From Pseudodesulfovibrio mercurii (GTDB lineage: Bacteria; Desulfobacterota; Desulfovibrionia; Desulfovibrionales; Desulfovibrionaceae): 32,000 nt of DNA. The stretch is from NCBI RefSeq assembly GCF_000189295.2, contig NC_016803.1, positions 240,001 through 272,000 of the forward strand, read 5' to 3'. Shown piece by piece: positions 24,601-32,000 of this stretch (position 1 is the stretch's first letter; the number at the start of each line of letters is the position of its first letter). A program made the position numbers and the translations under genes. The notes beneath the pieces were generated by a model. It was not told the origin of the DNA. It searched no databases and worked only from the letters and a program-made list of their open reading frames with translations.

Positions 24601-24799
24601 GCTCCTTCATCTCGGCGGCGGCCTTGTTGGTGAAGGTCACGGCCATGATCTCGGGCCAGGAGAACCCCCGGCCCGGCCGGTTGGTGCAGACGAAGGGGGT
24701 ATCCTCGCCCGCCCGGTCGAGCAGGGCCAGGAAGCGGCGGGTCAGCTGGTACGTCTTGCCCGAACCCGCCGAGGCCTTGACCTGTCGAAGCTCGGACAT
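21650..24799 (-). CDS. AddA/RecB-like UvrD-family helicase-nuclease
   Basis: 1049 aa. Walker A ASAGSGKTY, motif II HLLVDEFQDTN, motif III FFVGDVKQAIYGWRGG, motifs V/VI IMTVHKAKGLEFPV and LLYVAWTRAREEL. The C-terminal RecB-type nuclease is VVVDFKTGRP...QVRDYM. Confidence 0.88.
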   Translation of the reverse strand: MSELRQVKASAGSGKTYQLTRRFLALLDRAGEDTPFVCTNRPGRGFSWPEIMAVTFTNKAAAEMKERVVTGLKAGALGLDKDPACSPETARATVGAILRRYHRLNIRTIDSLLVLLLRLFALEFGVRPDFEIVFDERELFDAVFDHFLGQCETDESAAALLDGAVRTLIRQEGKNGFWVQDTVRDRLRELTGCVETRAGDLVTDQAAILGLLTGEHAAFRQSVEAMADHAGAVGLPLNKYFRDFLDNCLNMELFDPIPDSAYIKKTSAADCVLAKGKGLVDERTESFYARLQGKWAEYRLHHATLAGAYFLAPAIEIALRLEQGLEDLQRRRGTVLNAAVAGHVIELLADGGAVSEAYCRLGCRLHHLLVDEFQDTNRDQWRAITPLAGECLAKGGSLFFVGDVKQAIYGWRGGDSALFDEVMSQPDVAGLAEDAEAETLPDNWRSHRNVVEFNNRFFANMEDPDQAGDLADRVLPDADPAFRAEFAGQLMRTFRDCAQSLPDRHRDTAGYVRMVRLEGGTAAEIVEQTLERLDALMDDLTARRAYRDIGILVRSHFHAALVCDLLVRKNIPVITENSLQLDRHPVVRQLAGFLAFLDFPRDDAAFLTFVGGKELFLAESGLAEAELLDWLIRPRKRPLGVQFREDFPGPWRRLIEPFYNQSGLMTPYDLTMEAVRVFRVLERHPEAELYVRRFLEVVHLAEENGYGSLSAFLEYWEEKSDQEKVPLPENIDAVRIMTVHKAKGLEFPVAIVPFHHWKTDTDRHFTVQAYRGRNLLVPLKKDLGRPYQESLGRAVREQLNLLYVAWTRAREELYGFFPEKALKIANPVVLKAMDQFLELDDDGVFELGRTPAETRPSEAAPRPEPRDIPPAETTADLMGWLPRLRVYRHNLDDYFFNERMRGEVAHRVMEHMRVTGDNAADADRAVALAVQDFPELGGLAEADRAQLDADLRAMAAWALNDDRLRGWLATGAREPEVLDQDGGFKRFDLLVAGPDAVVVDFKTGRPDPHNEVQVRDYMGILAAMGGYGEPRGFLIYLDLREIREVGRKA

Positions 24800-24802
24800 G
24801 GC

Positions 24803-25687
24803 CTAGGCCCCGCTTTGCGCGGTCTTGCGCGGGCGCGAGCCGGACAGCACGACCAGGAGCACGGCGGCGATGATCAGGGAGGAGCCCGCGTAGCCGAGCA
24901 GGGAGAACTGCTCGCCGAAGAGCAGGTAGGCCAGGACCGCCGCCACCAGCGGTTCGAAGGTGGCGATGACCGAGGCGTGGGTGGCATCCAGCCGCTTGAG
25001 GCCCGCGTAGTAGACCGAGAACGCGCCGTAGGAGGTGACCAGGGCCATGCCGATCATGAGCAGCCACGCCGTGGGAGACTTGTGCACGAAGTCGATGAAC
25101 GGCAGCAGCAGGATCGCGCCGAAGGGCAGGGCGTAGACGAAGATGGTCGGCGTGGGATAGCGGTACAGGAATTTTTTCCCGAAGATGTAATAGAGGGCGT
25201 AGGTGAAGCCGGAGAGCAGCCCGGCGGCCAGGCCGAAGAGGTTCAGCTGGATGGCCGCCCCGCTCATGAGCTTGGGCCCGAGGCTGATGCAGGCCACGCC
25301 GAGGATGGTCATGGCCACGCAGGCCGCCTTGACGACCGTCATCTCCTCCTTGAGGACCAGCTTCGAGAGCAGGGCCACCCAGGCCGGGGCCGTGTACAGG
25401 AGCACGGCGGCCATGGCCATGCCCACGTCGCGGATGGCGATCTGATAGGCCCCGTAGAACAGGGTCACGCAGATGACCCCGAAACCGAGCAGGGCGGGCA
25501 GGTCCTTGCGCTGGGCCTTGAGCTGGCCCGCCACGGTGGCGTGGATCATGAAGAAGACCCAACCGAACATGGCCCGCCAGAAGGCGATCTCCAGGGCGCT
25601 GACGCCCTCGGCCAGGACGAACTTGGTGAACACGCCGATGACGCCCCACATGAAGGCCGCGGCCAGTACGTAGAGGAATCCGGCCAT
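24803..25687 (-). CDS. EamA/DMT-family transporter (10 TM)
   Basis: 294-aa hydrophobic ORF starting at ATG 25687 (MAGFLYVLAAAFMWGVIGVFTKF...). It has two EamA-like halves, each ending in a Gly/Ala-rich helix and LLGE-type motif (AYLLFGEQFS). The longer 789-aa ORF in the track is a high-GC artefact upstream of this start. Confidence 0.85.
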   Translation of the reverse strand: MAGFLYVLAAAFMWGVIGVFTKFVLAEGVSALEIAFWRAMFGWVFFMIHATVAGQLKAQRKDLPALLGFGVICVTLFYGAYQIAIRDVGMAMAAVLLYTAPAWVALLSKLVLKEEMTVVKAACVAMTILGVACISLGPKLMSGAAIQLNLFGLAAGLLSGFTYALYYIFGKKFLYRYPTPTIFVYALPFGAILLLPFIDFVHKSPTAWLLMIGMALVTSYGAFSVYYAGLKRLDATHASVIATFEPLVAAVLAYLLFGEQFSLLGYAGSSLIIAAVLLVVLSGSRPRKTAQSGA

Positions 25688-25689
25688 GG

Positions 25690-26676
25690 CTACAGCTCGA
25701 CCAGGGTGCCGAGCCCGGCTGCGGCGGCGCGTTCGTACACCAGGGCGGCGGTCATGACGTCGTGGGCCGCGATGCCCATGAGCACGGCCCCGCGCCGTCC
25801 CTTGCGCGGGCCGCTTTTTTCGCCCGCGCAGACCTCGCACAGGTCCGCGTCGATGTCGTCGGGGCCGGGATAGCCGTTTCCGAAATAGGTGCCCGACTCC
25901 CGCGTGCGCACGTACTGGTTGCGGTTGTCGCAGGTGAAGTGCGCGTCCCGGAAGACGTCCGCGCCCACGCAGGCGTCGTAGTCCACGGCGATGACCAGGC
26001 AGTCGTCCTTGAGCCATTCCCGGCGCAGGGGCCGGGTCGGATGCTCGACGATGGGTGTGCAGGTGATGACCACGTCCGCGCCCCGGACCGCGGTTTCGAG
26101 GTCCGCGTGTTTGGCGAAGACCGCCTCGGGCAGCCTTGGGGCCATGTCGTCGATGAACCGCTGGACCGAGGCGTCGCGGGGGCCGAAGCAGCGGACCTCG
26201 CGCAGGTCCGGGAAGACCTCCTTCATGGCCAGGAGGTTGGTCCGCCCCTGCACGCCGGTGCCGATCACGGCCACGGAGGTCGTCTTCGGGTCGCCGAAGT
26301 GGCGGGCGTAGACGCCGGAGGCCGCGCCCGTGCGCCAGGCCGTGATCTGGGCCGCGTCCATGATCGCCAGGGGCAGGCCGGTGTCCGGGTCGTTCAGGAT
26401 CATGACCCCTGTGATGTACGGCAGCCCCCTGGCCGGGTTGCCTGGGTAGGCGGCGATGCACTTGACCCCGGCGCGGTCGATGCCGCCGCCGAGGTAGCAG
26501 GGCATGGCGTGGATGAAGCAGTCCTCGCGCGGGTGCACGCCGATCTTGGCGGGCATCTCGCCCAGCCCCTTGCCCAGGGCCGCGAAGCCGGTCTCCACCG
26601 CGTCCATGACCTCGGCCATGGCGATGCCCAGCCGGTCCGTTTCCCCTGCCGATATAAAGCGAATCTCGGAACCCAT
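25690..26676 (-). CDS. ornithine cyclodeaminase / mu-crystallin family protein
   Basis: Rossmann motif VAVIGTGVQGRTNL and the family-typical ITAWRTGAASGV. The likely start is ATG 26676 (MGSEIRFISAGE) with AGGGAAG upstream. An alternative upstream ATG is at 26733. Confidence 0.85.
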   Translation of the reverse strand: MGSEIRFISAGETDRLGIAMAEVMDAVETGFAALGKGLGEMPAKIGVHPREDCFIHAMPCYLGGGIDRAGVKCIAAYPGNPARGLPYITGVMILNDPDTGLPLAIMDAAQITAWRTGAASGVYARHFGDPKTTSVAVIGTGVQGRTNLLAMKEVFPDLREVRCFGPRDASVQRFIDDMAPRLPEAVFAKHADLETAVRGADVVITCTPIVEHPTRPLRREWLKDDCLVIAVDYDACVGADVFRDAHFTCDNRNQYVRTRESGTYFGNGYPGPDDIDADLCEVCAGEKSGPRKGRRGAVLMGIAAHDVMTAALVYERAAAAGLGTLVEL

Positions 26677-26795
26677 TCCGCTTCCCTTGCAATACGATCC
26701 GTTGAGTTGAAACTTCGCGCCAGGATGCTTCAAAATCCTCGCCAGCGCAACCGGAAACCCTTGCCGGGGAAGGTGGTTGCGCGTATGGTCGGCCC

Positions 26796-27623
26796 ATGCT
26801 TTTCGAGGGGACGTTCAGCATCGACGCGTCCGGCGACGGCCTTCGCCTGGACCGGGCCCTCGAGGCGGTCATGCCCGGCTCCGGGTTGCGCCTCAGGCGT
26901 CGGCTGTGCGACGAAGGGCGTATATTGGTGGATGGCCGGGCCAGGAAGCCCGGATACAGGGTTCGAACCGGACAATTGGTGGAAGTGAAGGAAGGGCGGG
27001 AAATGACGACACCCGGTGAATTGGGCGTGAGAATCGTCAAGTGGGAAGACGGATTCGCCGCCGTGAACAAGCCCGGCGGCGTGCATTCGGCGATCATTTC
27101 GGGCAGGGACGAACCCTGCGTCGAGGCGGTGCTGCCCGCCCTGTTCCCGGGCATGGAGCCGGTGCTTCTCAACCGGCTGGATCGCCTGACCTCCGGGCTG
27201 CTGCTGGTGGCCCTGACCCCCGAGGCCCGCGATGCCTACCTCGAGTACGAGGACCAGGGGGCCATCAAGAAATTTTATCTGGCCCGCGTCCGGGGGCGGC
27301 TCGACGGCATCGTCTCCGTCCGCAACCGCCTGGACACGGACGATCGCAAGACCACCCGCGTTCTGGCCGAGCCGGACGAGGACGCCCGCCGCTGGACCGG
27401 GGTCACGGCCCTGTCCCACGACAACGCGGCCGACACCTCCCTGGTGCGCTGCCTGATCACCAAGGGCGCGCGCCATCAGATCCGCGCTCACCTGGCCTCC
27501 ATCGGGCACCCCATCGTCGGCGATCCCCTGTACGGCGGGGGCGAGAGTCCGCGCGGTCTCATGCTCCAGCACCAGCGGTTGGAGATGCCCGGCTTCCAGG
27601 CCGAGGCCATCCCGCTCTTCTGA
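26796..27623 (+). CDS. RluA-family pseudouridine synthase with N-terminal S4-like domain
   Basis: S4-like segment LRLDRALE...RRRLCDEGRILVDGRARKPGYRVRTGQLVEV. The catalytic motif is LNRLDRLTSGLLLVA, with a conserved KGARHQIRAHLASIGHPIVGDPLYG. Confidence 0.88.
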   Translation: MLFEGTFSIDASGDGLRLDRALEAVMPGSGLRLRRRLCDEGRILVDGRARKPGYRVRTGQLVEVKEGREMTTPGELGVRIVKWEDGFAAVNKPGGVHSAIISGRDEPCVEAVLPALFPGMEPVLLNRLDRLTSGLLLVALTPEARDAYLEYEDQGAIKKFYLARVRGRLDGIVSVRNRLDTDDRKTTRVLAEPDEDARRWTGVTALSHDNAADTSLVRCLITKGARHQIRAHLASIGHPIVGDPLYGGGESPRGLMLQHQRLEMPGFQAEAIPLF

Positions 27624-27646
27624 TCGCGCTTCCGGGCCTTTCCCCG

Positions 27647-28420
27647 CTAGGGGCTGAACCCGTAGTGGTCGAAGATGGCCCGCAGCTCCCCGGAGGCCCG
27701 CATCTCGCGGATCTTCCGCTCCACCATGTCGCGCAGCCCGGTCCCATTGGGGCAATAGGGCGAGAAGGCGATCCGGTTGTAGAACATGGCCACCGGTTCG
27801 GGGTCCACCCGGACGCGGTCGGCCACGCCTTCCTCGTGGGTGATGTAGCGGAAGGCCAGGGAGCCGACGAGCATGGCGTCCACGCGGTCGTTGAGCAGGC
27901 ATTCGAGATTGGCGCATTGGGCCATGGTCGGGTTGTCGCAGGAGTTCATGCGGATGCGCGACGGGTCCCCCTCGTAGCGGTCCAGGTAGTCGTCCACCTC
28001 GGGATTGCCGGTCCGGAACCCCTTGGGGATGGACAGGCGGATGGCGCCCAGGGAGGCCGCGTTTCGGTAGTGCCAGGCGCTGTCGGCGCGGGTGGCGAAC
28101 TGGACCACGTTGATCATGTCCAGGTTGCGCACGAAGATGAAGTCCTCGGCCTGGACCGAGCCCACGTAGGTGACCGCGTCGTAGAGCCCGTCCAGGGTGT
28201 CGCGCACGGCCCGGACATAGGGCATGTGGTGGAAGACCAGCCGGTACTCGGTGCCTTCGAAGGTCCGGCGCAGGACCTCGTGCATGATGCCGTCGTGCGG
28301 GGCCTGGTCCAGTTCGCAGGCCAGGGGACAGTATGTGGACGTGGCCACATGGATGTCTGCCGCATAGGCGTAAACCGGGAGCAGCAGGAGGAACAGGGCA
28401 AGGCGGAATCTCCAACGCAT
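27647..28420 (-). CDS. periplasmic solute-binding protein (family 3 / amino-acid ABC-type fold), orphan
   Basis: Signal peptide MRWRFRLALFLLLLPVYAYA. It has the size and pattern of bacterial extracellular solute-binding proteins. No permease or ATPase gene is adjacent. Confidence 0.65.
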   Translation of the reverse strand: MRWRFRLALFLLLLPVYAYAADIHVATSTYCPLACELDQAPHDGIMHEVLRRTFEGTEYRLVFHHMPYVRAVRDTLDGLYDAVTYVGSVQAEDFIFVRNLDMINVVQFATRADSAWHYRNAASLGAIRLSIPKGFRTGNPEVDDYLDRYEGDPSRIRMNSCDNPTMAQCANLECLLNDRVDAMLVGSLAFRYITHEEGVADRVRVDPEPVAMFYNRIAFSPYCPNGTGLRDMVERKIREMRASGELRAIFDHYGFSP

Positions 28421-28480
28421 GGCACAATCCTCAGCTTATCTCCATGCTACCCCAAAAGCGCGAAAAGCGGAACGGCCGAA

Positions 28481-28520
28481 AACGAAAAAGACCCGGCGTC
28501 CAGGGGAGGCCGGGTCATTT
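28481..28520 (-). terminator. rho-independent terminator downstream of the S1 gene
   Basis: On the minus strand, GACCCGGC-(11-nt loop)-GCCGGGTC is followed by CTTTTTCGTTTTCG. It lies 22-60 nt after the S1 stop. Confidence 0.7.
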
Positions 28521-28541
28521 TCGTCTGGCGGTCGGACCGCG

Positions 28542-30002
28542 TTATTTCTTCTTGTCCAGGGCTTCCTGGAGCTTGGCGCCGAGCAGCCCCATGGAGCCGG
28601 TGTCGGCCTTGCGCTTGGGCGCGAACTCCTTCCAGTCGCCGTCGTCGCGGACGTCGCCCGTGCTCAGGGATATCTTGCGCTCCCCGGTCTTGACCTCGCC
28701 GATGACCACCTCCACGGTGTCCCCGGCGCGCAGCTTCTCGAAGGCGGCGGGCTTCTCGGAGCGGGCGATGACGGACTTGGGCAGCAGGCCGGTGATGCCC
28801 GGCTCCAGCTGCACGAAGATGCCGAACTGCTCCTGCTTCTCGACCACGCCCTCGACCTTCTGGCCCGCCTGGTAGCGATCGGCCACGCCGGCCCACGGGT
28901 CGCCCTCGGCGTCCTTCATGGACAGGCCGATGCGGCGCTTGTCCAGGTCGATGGACTTGATCTTGACCGTGACCGCGTCGCCTTCCTTGACCATGTCGGC
29001 GGGCTTGTTCACGCGCTTGGTGTAGCTCATCTCGGAGACGTGGACCAATCCGTCCACGCCCGGGGCGATCTCCACGAACGCGCCGAAGTCGGCCAGCCGG
29101 ACGACCTTGCCGGAGACGATGTCGCCCACGGCGAAGGTGGCGGACAGGGTGTCCCAGGGGTTCTGGGCCAGTTCCTTCATGGACAGGGAAATCTTGAGCC
29201 GTCCCTTGTCGTCCTTGTCCAGCTTGGTGATCTTGGCCCGGACCTTCTGGCCCACGGAGACAACCTCCTCGGGGTGGCTCACGCGGCCGTAGCCGAGCTG
29301 GGAGATGTGCACCAGCCCTTCCAGGCCGGGCATGATCTCGACGAAGGCCCCGAAGGCGGCCAGCCGGGTGACGGTGCCCTCGACCTCGTCGCCGACCTTG
29401 GTCTCGTCCACGAAGGTCTGGGCGGACTCGGCGGCCTCGCGCTCGACCAGGGCGCGGCGGGAGACCACGATGTTCCGGCCGTGGTTCTCGAGCTTGGTGA
29501 TAAGAAATTCCAGGGTCTGACCCACGTACTCCTCGGGGTTCTCCACGAAGCGGGCGTCGATCTGGCTCACCGGGCAGAAGGCCCGGCGCTGGAGGATGGT
29601 CACGTTGAAGCCGCCCTTGCAGGTGGATTCGACCTTGCCCTCCACGGGCAGGGCGCCCGCCTTGGCCTCCTCGAGCATGGCCATGCCGCCGATGCCGGAG
29701 ATGGCGCGGGACAGCTTGATGCCGCCGGAGTCCTTGCCGACCACGTACAGCTCCACCTTGTCGCCTTCGGCCACGGTGCAGTTGCCGTCCTCGTCCAGCA
29801 GTTCCTCGCGCTCGACGATGCCGTCCAGCTTGGTGCCGGTGTCCACGAAGACGGTGTTCTCGCCCACCTGGATGACGGTGCCGGTCACCTTGTCGCCCAC
29901 GGACAGGTCGTCTCCGCCGCCTTCGCTGTACTGTTCGAACAGTTCGGCGAAGGACTCTTCGCCTTCTTCCACGCCATTACGCTCTTTGAATTCTTCGGAC
30001 AC
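28542..30002 (-). CDS. rpsA: 30S ribosomal protein S1-like protein with five S1 domains
   Basis: 486 aa with repeated S1/OB units: VGDKVTGTVIQV, VGDEVEGTVTRLAAFGAFVEI, VGDIVSGKVVRLADFGAFVEI, AGQKVEGVVEKQEQFGIFVQL. Each is followed by a K-I-x-x-[IL]D signature. Confidence 0.85.
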   Translation of the reverse strand: MSEEFKERNGVEEGEESFAELFEQYSEGGGDDLSVGDKVTGTVIQVGENTVFVDTGTKLDGIVEREELLDEDGNCTVAEGDKVELYVVGKDSGGIKLSRAISGIGGMAMLEEAKAGALPVEGKVESTCKGGFNVTILQRRAFCPVSQIDARFVENPEEYVGQTLEFLITKLENHGRNIVVSRRALVEREAAESAQTFVDETKVGDEVEGTVTRLAAFGAFVEIMPGLEGLVHISQLGYGRVSHPEEVVSVGQKVRAKITKLDKDDKGRLKISLSMKELAQNPWDTLSATFAVGDIVSGKVVRLADFGAFVEIAPGVDGLVHVSEMSYTKRVNKPADMVKEGDAVTVKIKSIDLDKRRIGLSMKDAEGDPWAGVADRYQAGQKVEGVVEKQEQFGIFVQLEPGITGLLPKSVIARSEKPAAFEKLRAGDTVEVVIGEVKTGERKISLSTGDVRDDGDWKEFAPKRKADTGSMGLLGAKLQEALDKKK

Positions 30003-30028
30003 GTCGTCTCTACCGTTGGGTAAAAGGG

Positions 30029-31420
30029 TTAAGTGAGCAGGGCCTTGGCGAAGTCCTTGCCGTCGAAGGGACGGAGGTCCTCCATCTTCTCGCCGAGCCC
30101 CACGAAAGTGATCGGCAATTTGTTCTGCAGGGTCACGGCGACCACCACGCCGCCCTTGGCCGTGCCGTCCAGCTTGGTCAGAATGATCTCGTCCACGCCC
30201 ACGGCCTGGTTGAACAGCTTGGTCTGGCTGAGCGCGTTCTGGCCGGTGGTGGCGTCGATGACCAGAACGTTGCGGTGGGGCGCACCTTCGTGCTTCTTGC
30301 CCACCACGCGCTTGATCTTGGTCAGCTCGTCCATGAGGTTGGACTTGGTGTGCAGCCGGCCCGCGGTGTCAAGGAGGAGCAGGTCGTACCCCTCGCTTAC
30401 GGCCTTGTCCATGGCCTCGAAGGCCACGGCCGCCGGGTCGGACCCCTCGGCCTTGGCGTAGAAGCCGGTGCCCAGGCGGTCGGCCCAGACGCGCAGCTGG
30501 TCGATGGCCGCGGCCCGGAAGGTGTCGCCCGCGGCGATGAGCACCTTGCGGCCCTGCATCTGGGCGCGGTAGGCCAGCTTGGCGATGGTCGTGGTCTTGC
30601 CCACGCCGTTGACGCCGATCATCATCAGCACCTCGGGCGGGTTGACGGCCTTGATGCGTTTGGGGACCTTGAAGATGTCCTCCAGCTCCGCGCGCAGGAT
30701 ATCCTTGAAATCGTCGGGGTTGTCGGTCCCGGCCTTGCGGGCGCGGGCCTTGAGGTTGGCCATGAGCTGGCCCGCCGCCTCCATGCCCACGTCGGCCATG
30801 ATCAAGATCTCCTCGAACTCCTCCCAGAAGTCGTCGTTGAGGGAGGAATGGGCGGAGAGCAGCCCGTCGATGCGCTTGGTGATCTGCTCGCGGGTCTTGG
30901 AAATGCCTTCGGAGAGCTTGAGGAAGAGCCGGTCGCGCTCGTCCTCCTCGTCCTCCAGTTCCAGGGCCAGGGCCAGGCGGAACTGGAGTTCGGACTTGAA
31001 GTCGGCCACGGCGTCGTAGCCCATGTCGTCCAGCCAGGCCTCGAACTTGGCGATGAAGTCCCTGGCCTCGGCGTCGGGCGCGCCCAGGGCCTTGAACAGA
31101 AAGGCCAACCGGTCCCACAGGGCCGGTCCCTTGCGGTCCACGCCCGCGACGATGATGTTCAGCCATTGGGAGAGCTTGGGCTCGGCCTGGCGCAGGGCCA
31201 GGGTCAGCCCGGCCTGCCAGTCCTCGGAGGGCGTGGGCGCGGCTTCAGACGGCTTGTCGCCCTGAACGGGCGCGGCGGTTTCCGGGACAGCGGGCGCGGG
31301 TGCGGACACGGCCGGTTCGTCGAGATCCAGCCCCTTTTCCCGCTTGTATTCGTCCAGGGCCCGCTGGGCCGCCTCCTCCGGGCTTGCCCAGGCCTTTTTC
31401 AGTCTGCTAAAAAATCCCAT
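30029..31420 (-). CDS. ftsY: signal recognition particle receptor FtsY
   Basis: Acidic N-terminal A domain followed by an NG domain with GVNGVGKTTTIAKLA (G1), DTAGR (G3), TKLDGTAKGG (G4) and the ALLT C-terminus. Confidence 0.95.
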   Translation of the reverse strand: MGFFSRLKKAWASPEEAAQRALDEYKREKGLDLDEPAVSAPAPAVPETAAPVQGDKPSEAAPTPSEDWQAGLTLALRQAEPKLSQWLNIIVAGVDRKGPALWDRLAFLFKALGAPDAEARDFIAKFEAWLDDMGYDAVADFKSELQFRLALALELEDEEDERDRLFLKLSEGISKTREQITKRIDGLLSAHSSLNDDFWEEFEEILIMADVGMEAAGQLMANLKARARKAGTDNPDDFKDILRAELEDIFKVPKRIKAVNPPEVLMMIGVNGVGKTTTIAKLAYRAQMQGRKVLIAAGDTFRAAAIDQLRVWADRLGTGFYAKAEGSDPAAVAFEAMDKAVSEGYDLLLLDTAGRLHTKSNLMDELTKIKRVVGKKHEGAPHRNVLVIDATTGQNALSQTKLFNQAVGVDEIILTKLDGTAKGGVVVAVTLQNKLPITFVGLGEKMEDLRPFDGKDFAKALLT

Positions 31421-31572
31421 CAGGGCCTCTTATAAGGATTACGTTTTCAGTTCGGGCGTAGTTAATAGCCTACCTCGTGGGTGGTGGCAATAGAGGATAT
31501 TGCGCCCCGCGTATTGCCATTGTACGGCCGAGCGGCTAAGAGCGTGTAAAAAATTCACCCAAAGGATGAATA

Positions 31573-32000
31573 TATGAAACGAACCAAGATACTCGACGCA
31601 TTGAACGCCTCGGCCCCGGCCGAGGACATCCGCATCATGGGCTGGGTCCGCTCCAAGCGCGACAACAAGGGCTTCTCCTTCCTGGCCCTGAACGACGGCT
31701 CCTGCCTGGGGACCATCCAGGTGGTCGTGGACCACACCCCGGAGATCGAGGAGGCCCTGGCCCGCATCGGCACGGGCGCATCCGTGGCCGTGACCGGCTC
31801 GCTGGTGGAGTCGCCGGGCCAGGGGCAGAAGTGGGAGGTGCGCGGCCGGACCCTTGAGGTCATCGGCGAGGCGGACCAGGAGACCTTCCCCCTCCAGAAG
31901 AAGCGCCACTCGGACGAGTTCCTGCGCTCCATCGCCCACCTGCGCCCGAGGACCAACAAGTTCGGGGCCATGTTCCGCATGCGTTCCCATCTGGCTCAGG
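31573..32000 (+). CDS. asnS: asparagine--tRNA ligase, 3' end outside window
   Basis: Not in the ORF track because it has no stop in the window. ATG 31573 is preceded by AAGGA. The translation MKRTKILDAL...IRIMGWVRSKRDNKGFSFLALNDGSCLGTIQVVVD...GQGQKWEV...KKRHSDEFLRSIAHLRPRTNKFGAMFRMRS closely parallels the N-terminal OB-fold region of bacterial AsnS. Confidence 0.9.

Noticed and set aside
18824-25873. Giant 2349-aa plus-strand ORF spanning 7 kb
   Set aside because: It runs antisense to four well-supported genes (addB-like, addA-like, EamA, start of OCD). Its translation is a G/A/R/P/V/Q-rich low-complexity string with no motifs. Stop-free antisense frames are expected at this GC content.
28419-30023. 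534-aa plus-strand ORF
   Set aside because: It is antisense to the clearly recognisable S1 gene, and its Gly/Ala/Asp/Leu/His-rich translation has no motifs.

Overview
High-GC chromosomal segment. The protein families and composition suggest a Desulfovibrio-type sulfate-reducing deltaproteobacterium, but that is inference only. I can support about 27 protein genes, mostly core functions. (1) A chemosensory block: HEAT-repeat protein, cheR, cheY and a cheA with three tandem HPt domains. (2) An unknown polytopic membrane protein, a YbgF/CpoB-type TPR lipoprotein, dprA, and a half-size UPF0016 (GDT1/TMEM165) transporter. (3) A small protein translationally coupled to an HDOD protein. (4) A dCache-HAMP-PAS chemoreceptor, an atypical REC-GGDEF protein with a GGDDF motif, a XerC/D recombinase and a cyclophilin. 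(5) A very tightly packed minus-strand array: ornithine cyclodeaminase-like, EamA transporter, AddA-like helicase-nuclease, AddB-like nuclease, PPC/DUF296 protein, LhgO-like FAD oxidase, then an NMO/FabK-like flavoenzyme. (6) An RluA-family pseudouridine synthase, a periplasmic binding protein, a five-domain S1 protein, ftsY and the 5' end of asnS. I found no CRISPR array, tRNA/rRNA, transposase, prophage or recognisable defence system. The most interesting signal not explained by genes is a pair of structured intergenic elements of about 280-310 nt (4814-5090 and 15431-15743). They share identical sequence boxes and show compensatory base-pair substitutions in conserved hairpins. Both sit at convergent gene junctions just upstream of strong bidirectional terminators, so they are a candidate new structured ncRNA or palindromic MITE-like family. 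Secondary leads are the degenerate REC-GGDDF protein, a 4-Cys PAS domain in the chemoreceptor, the small-protein/HDOD pair, the triple-HPt CheA and the heterogeneous addAB-containing array. All homology calls come from motif recognition by eye; no database search was run.
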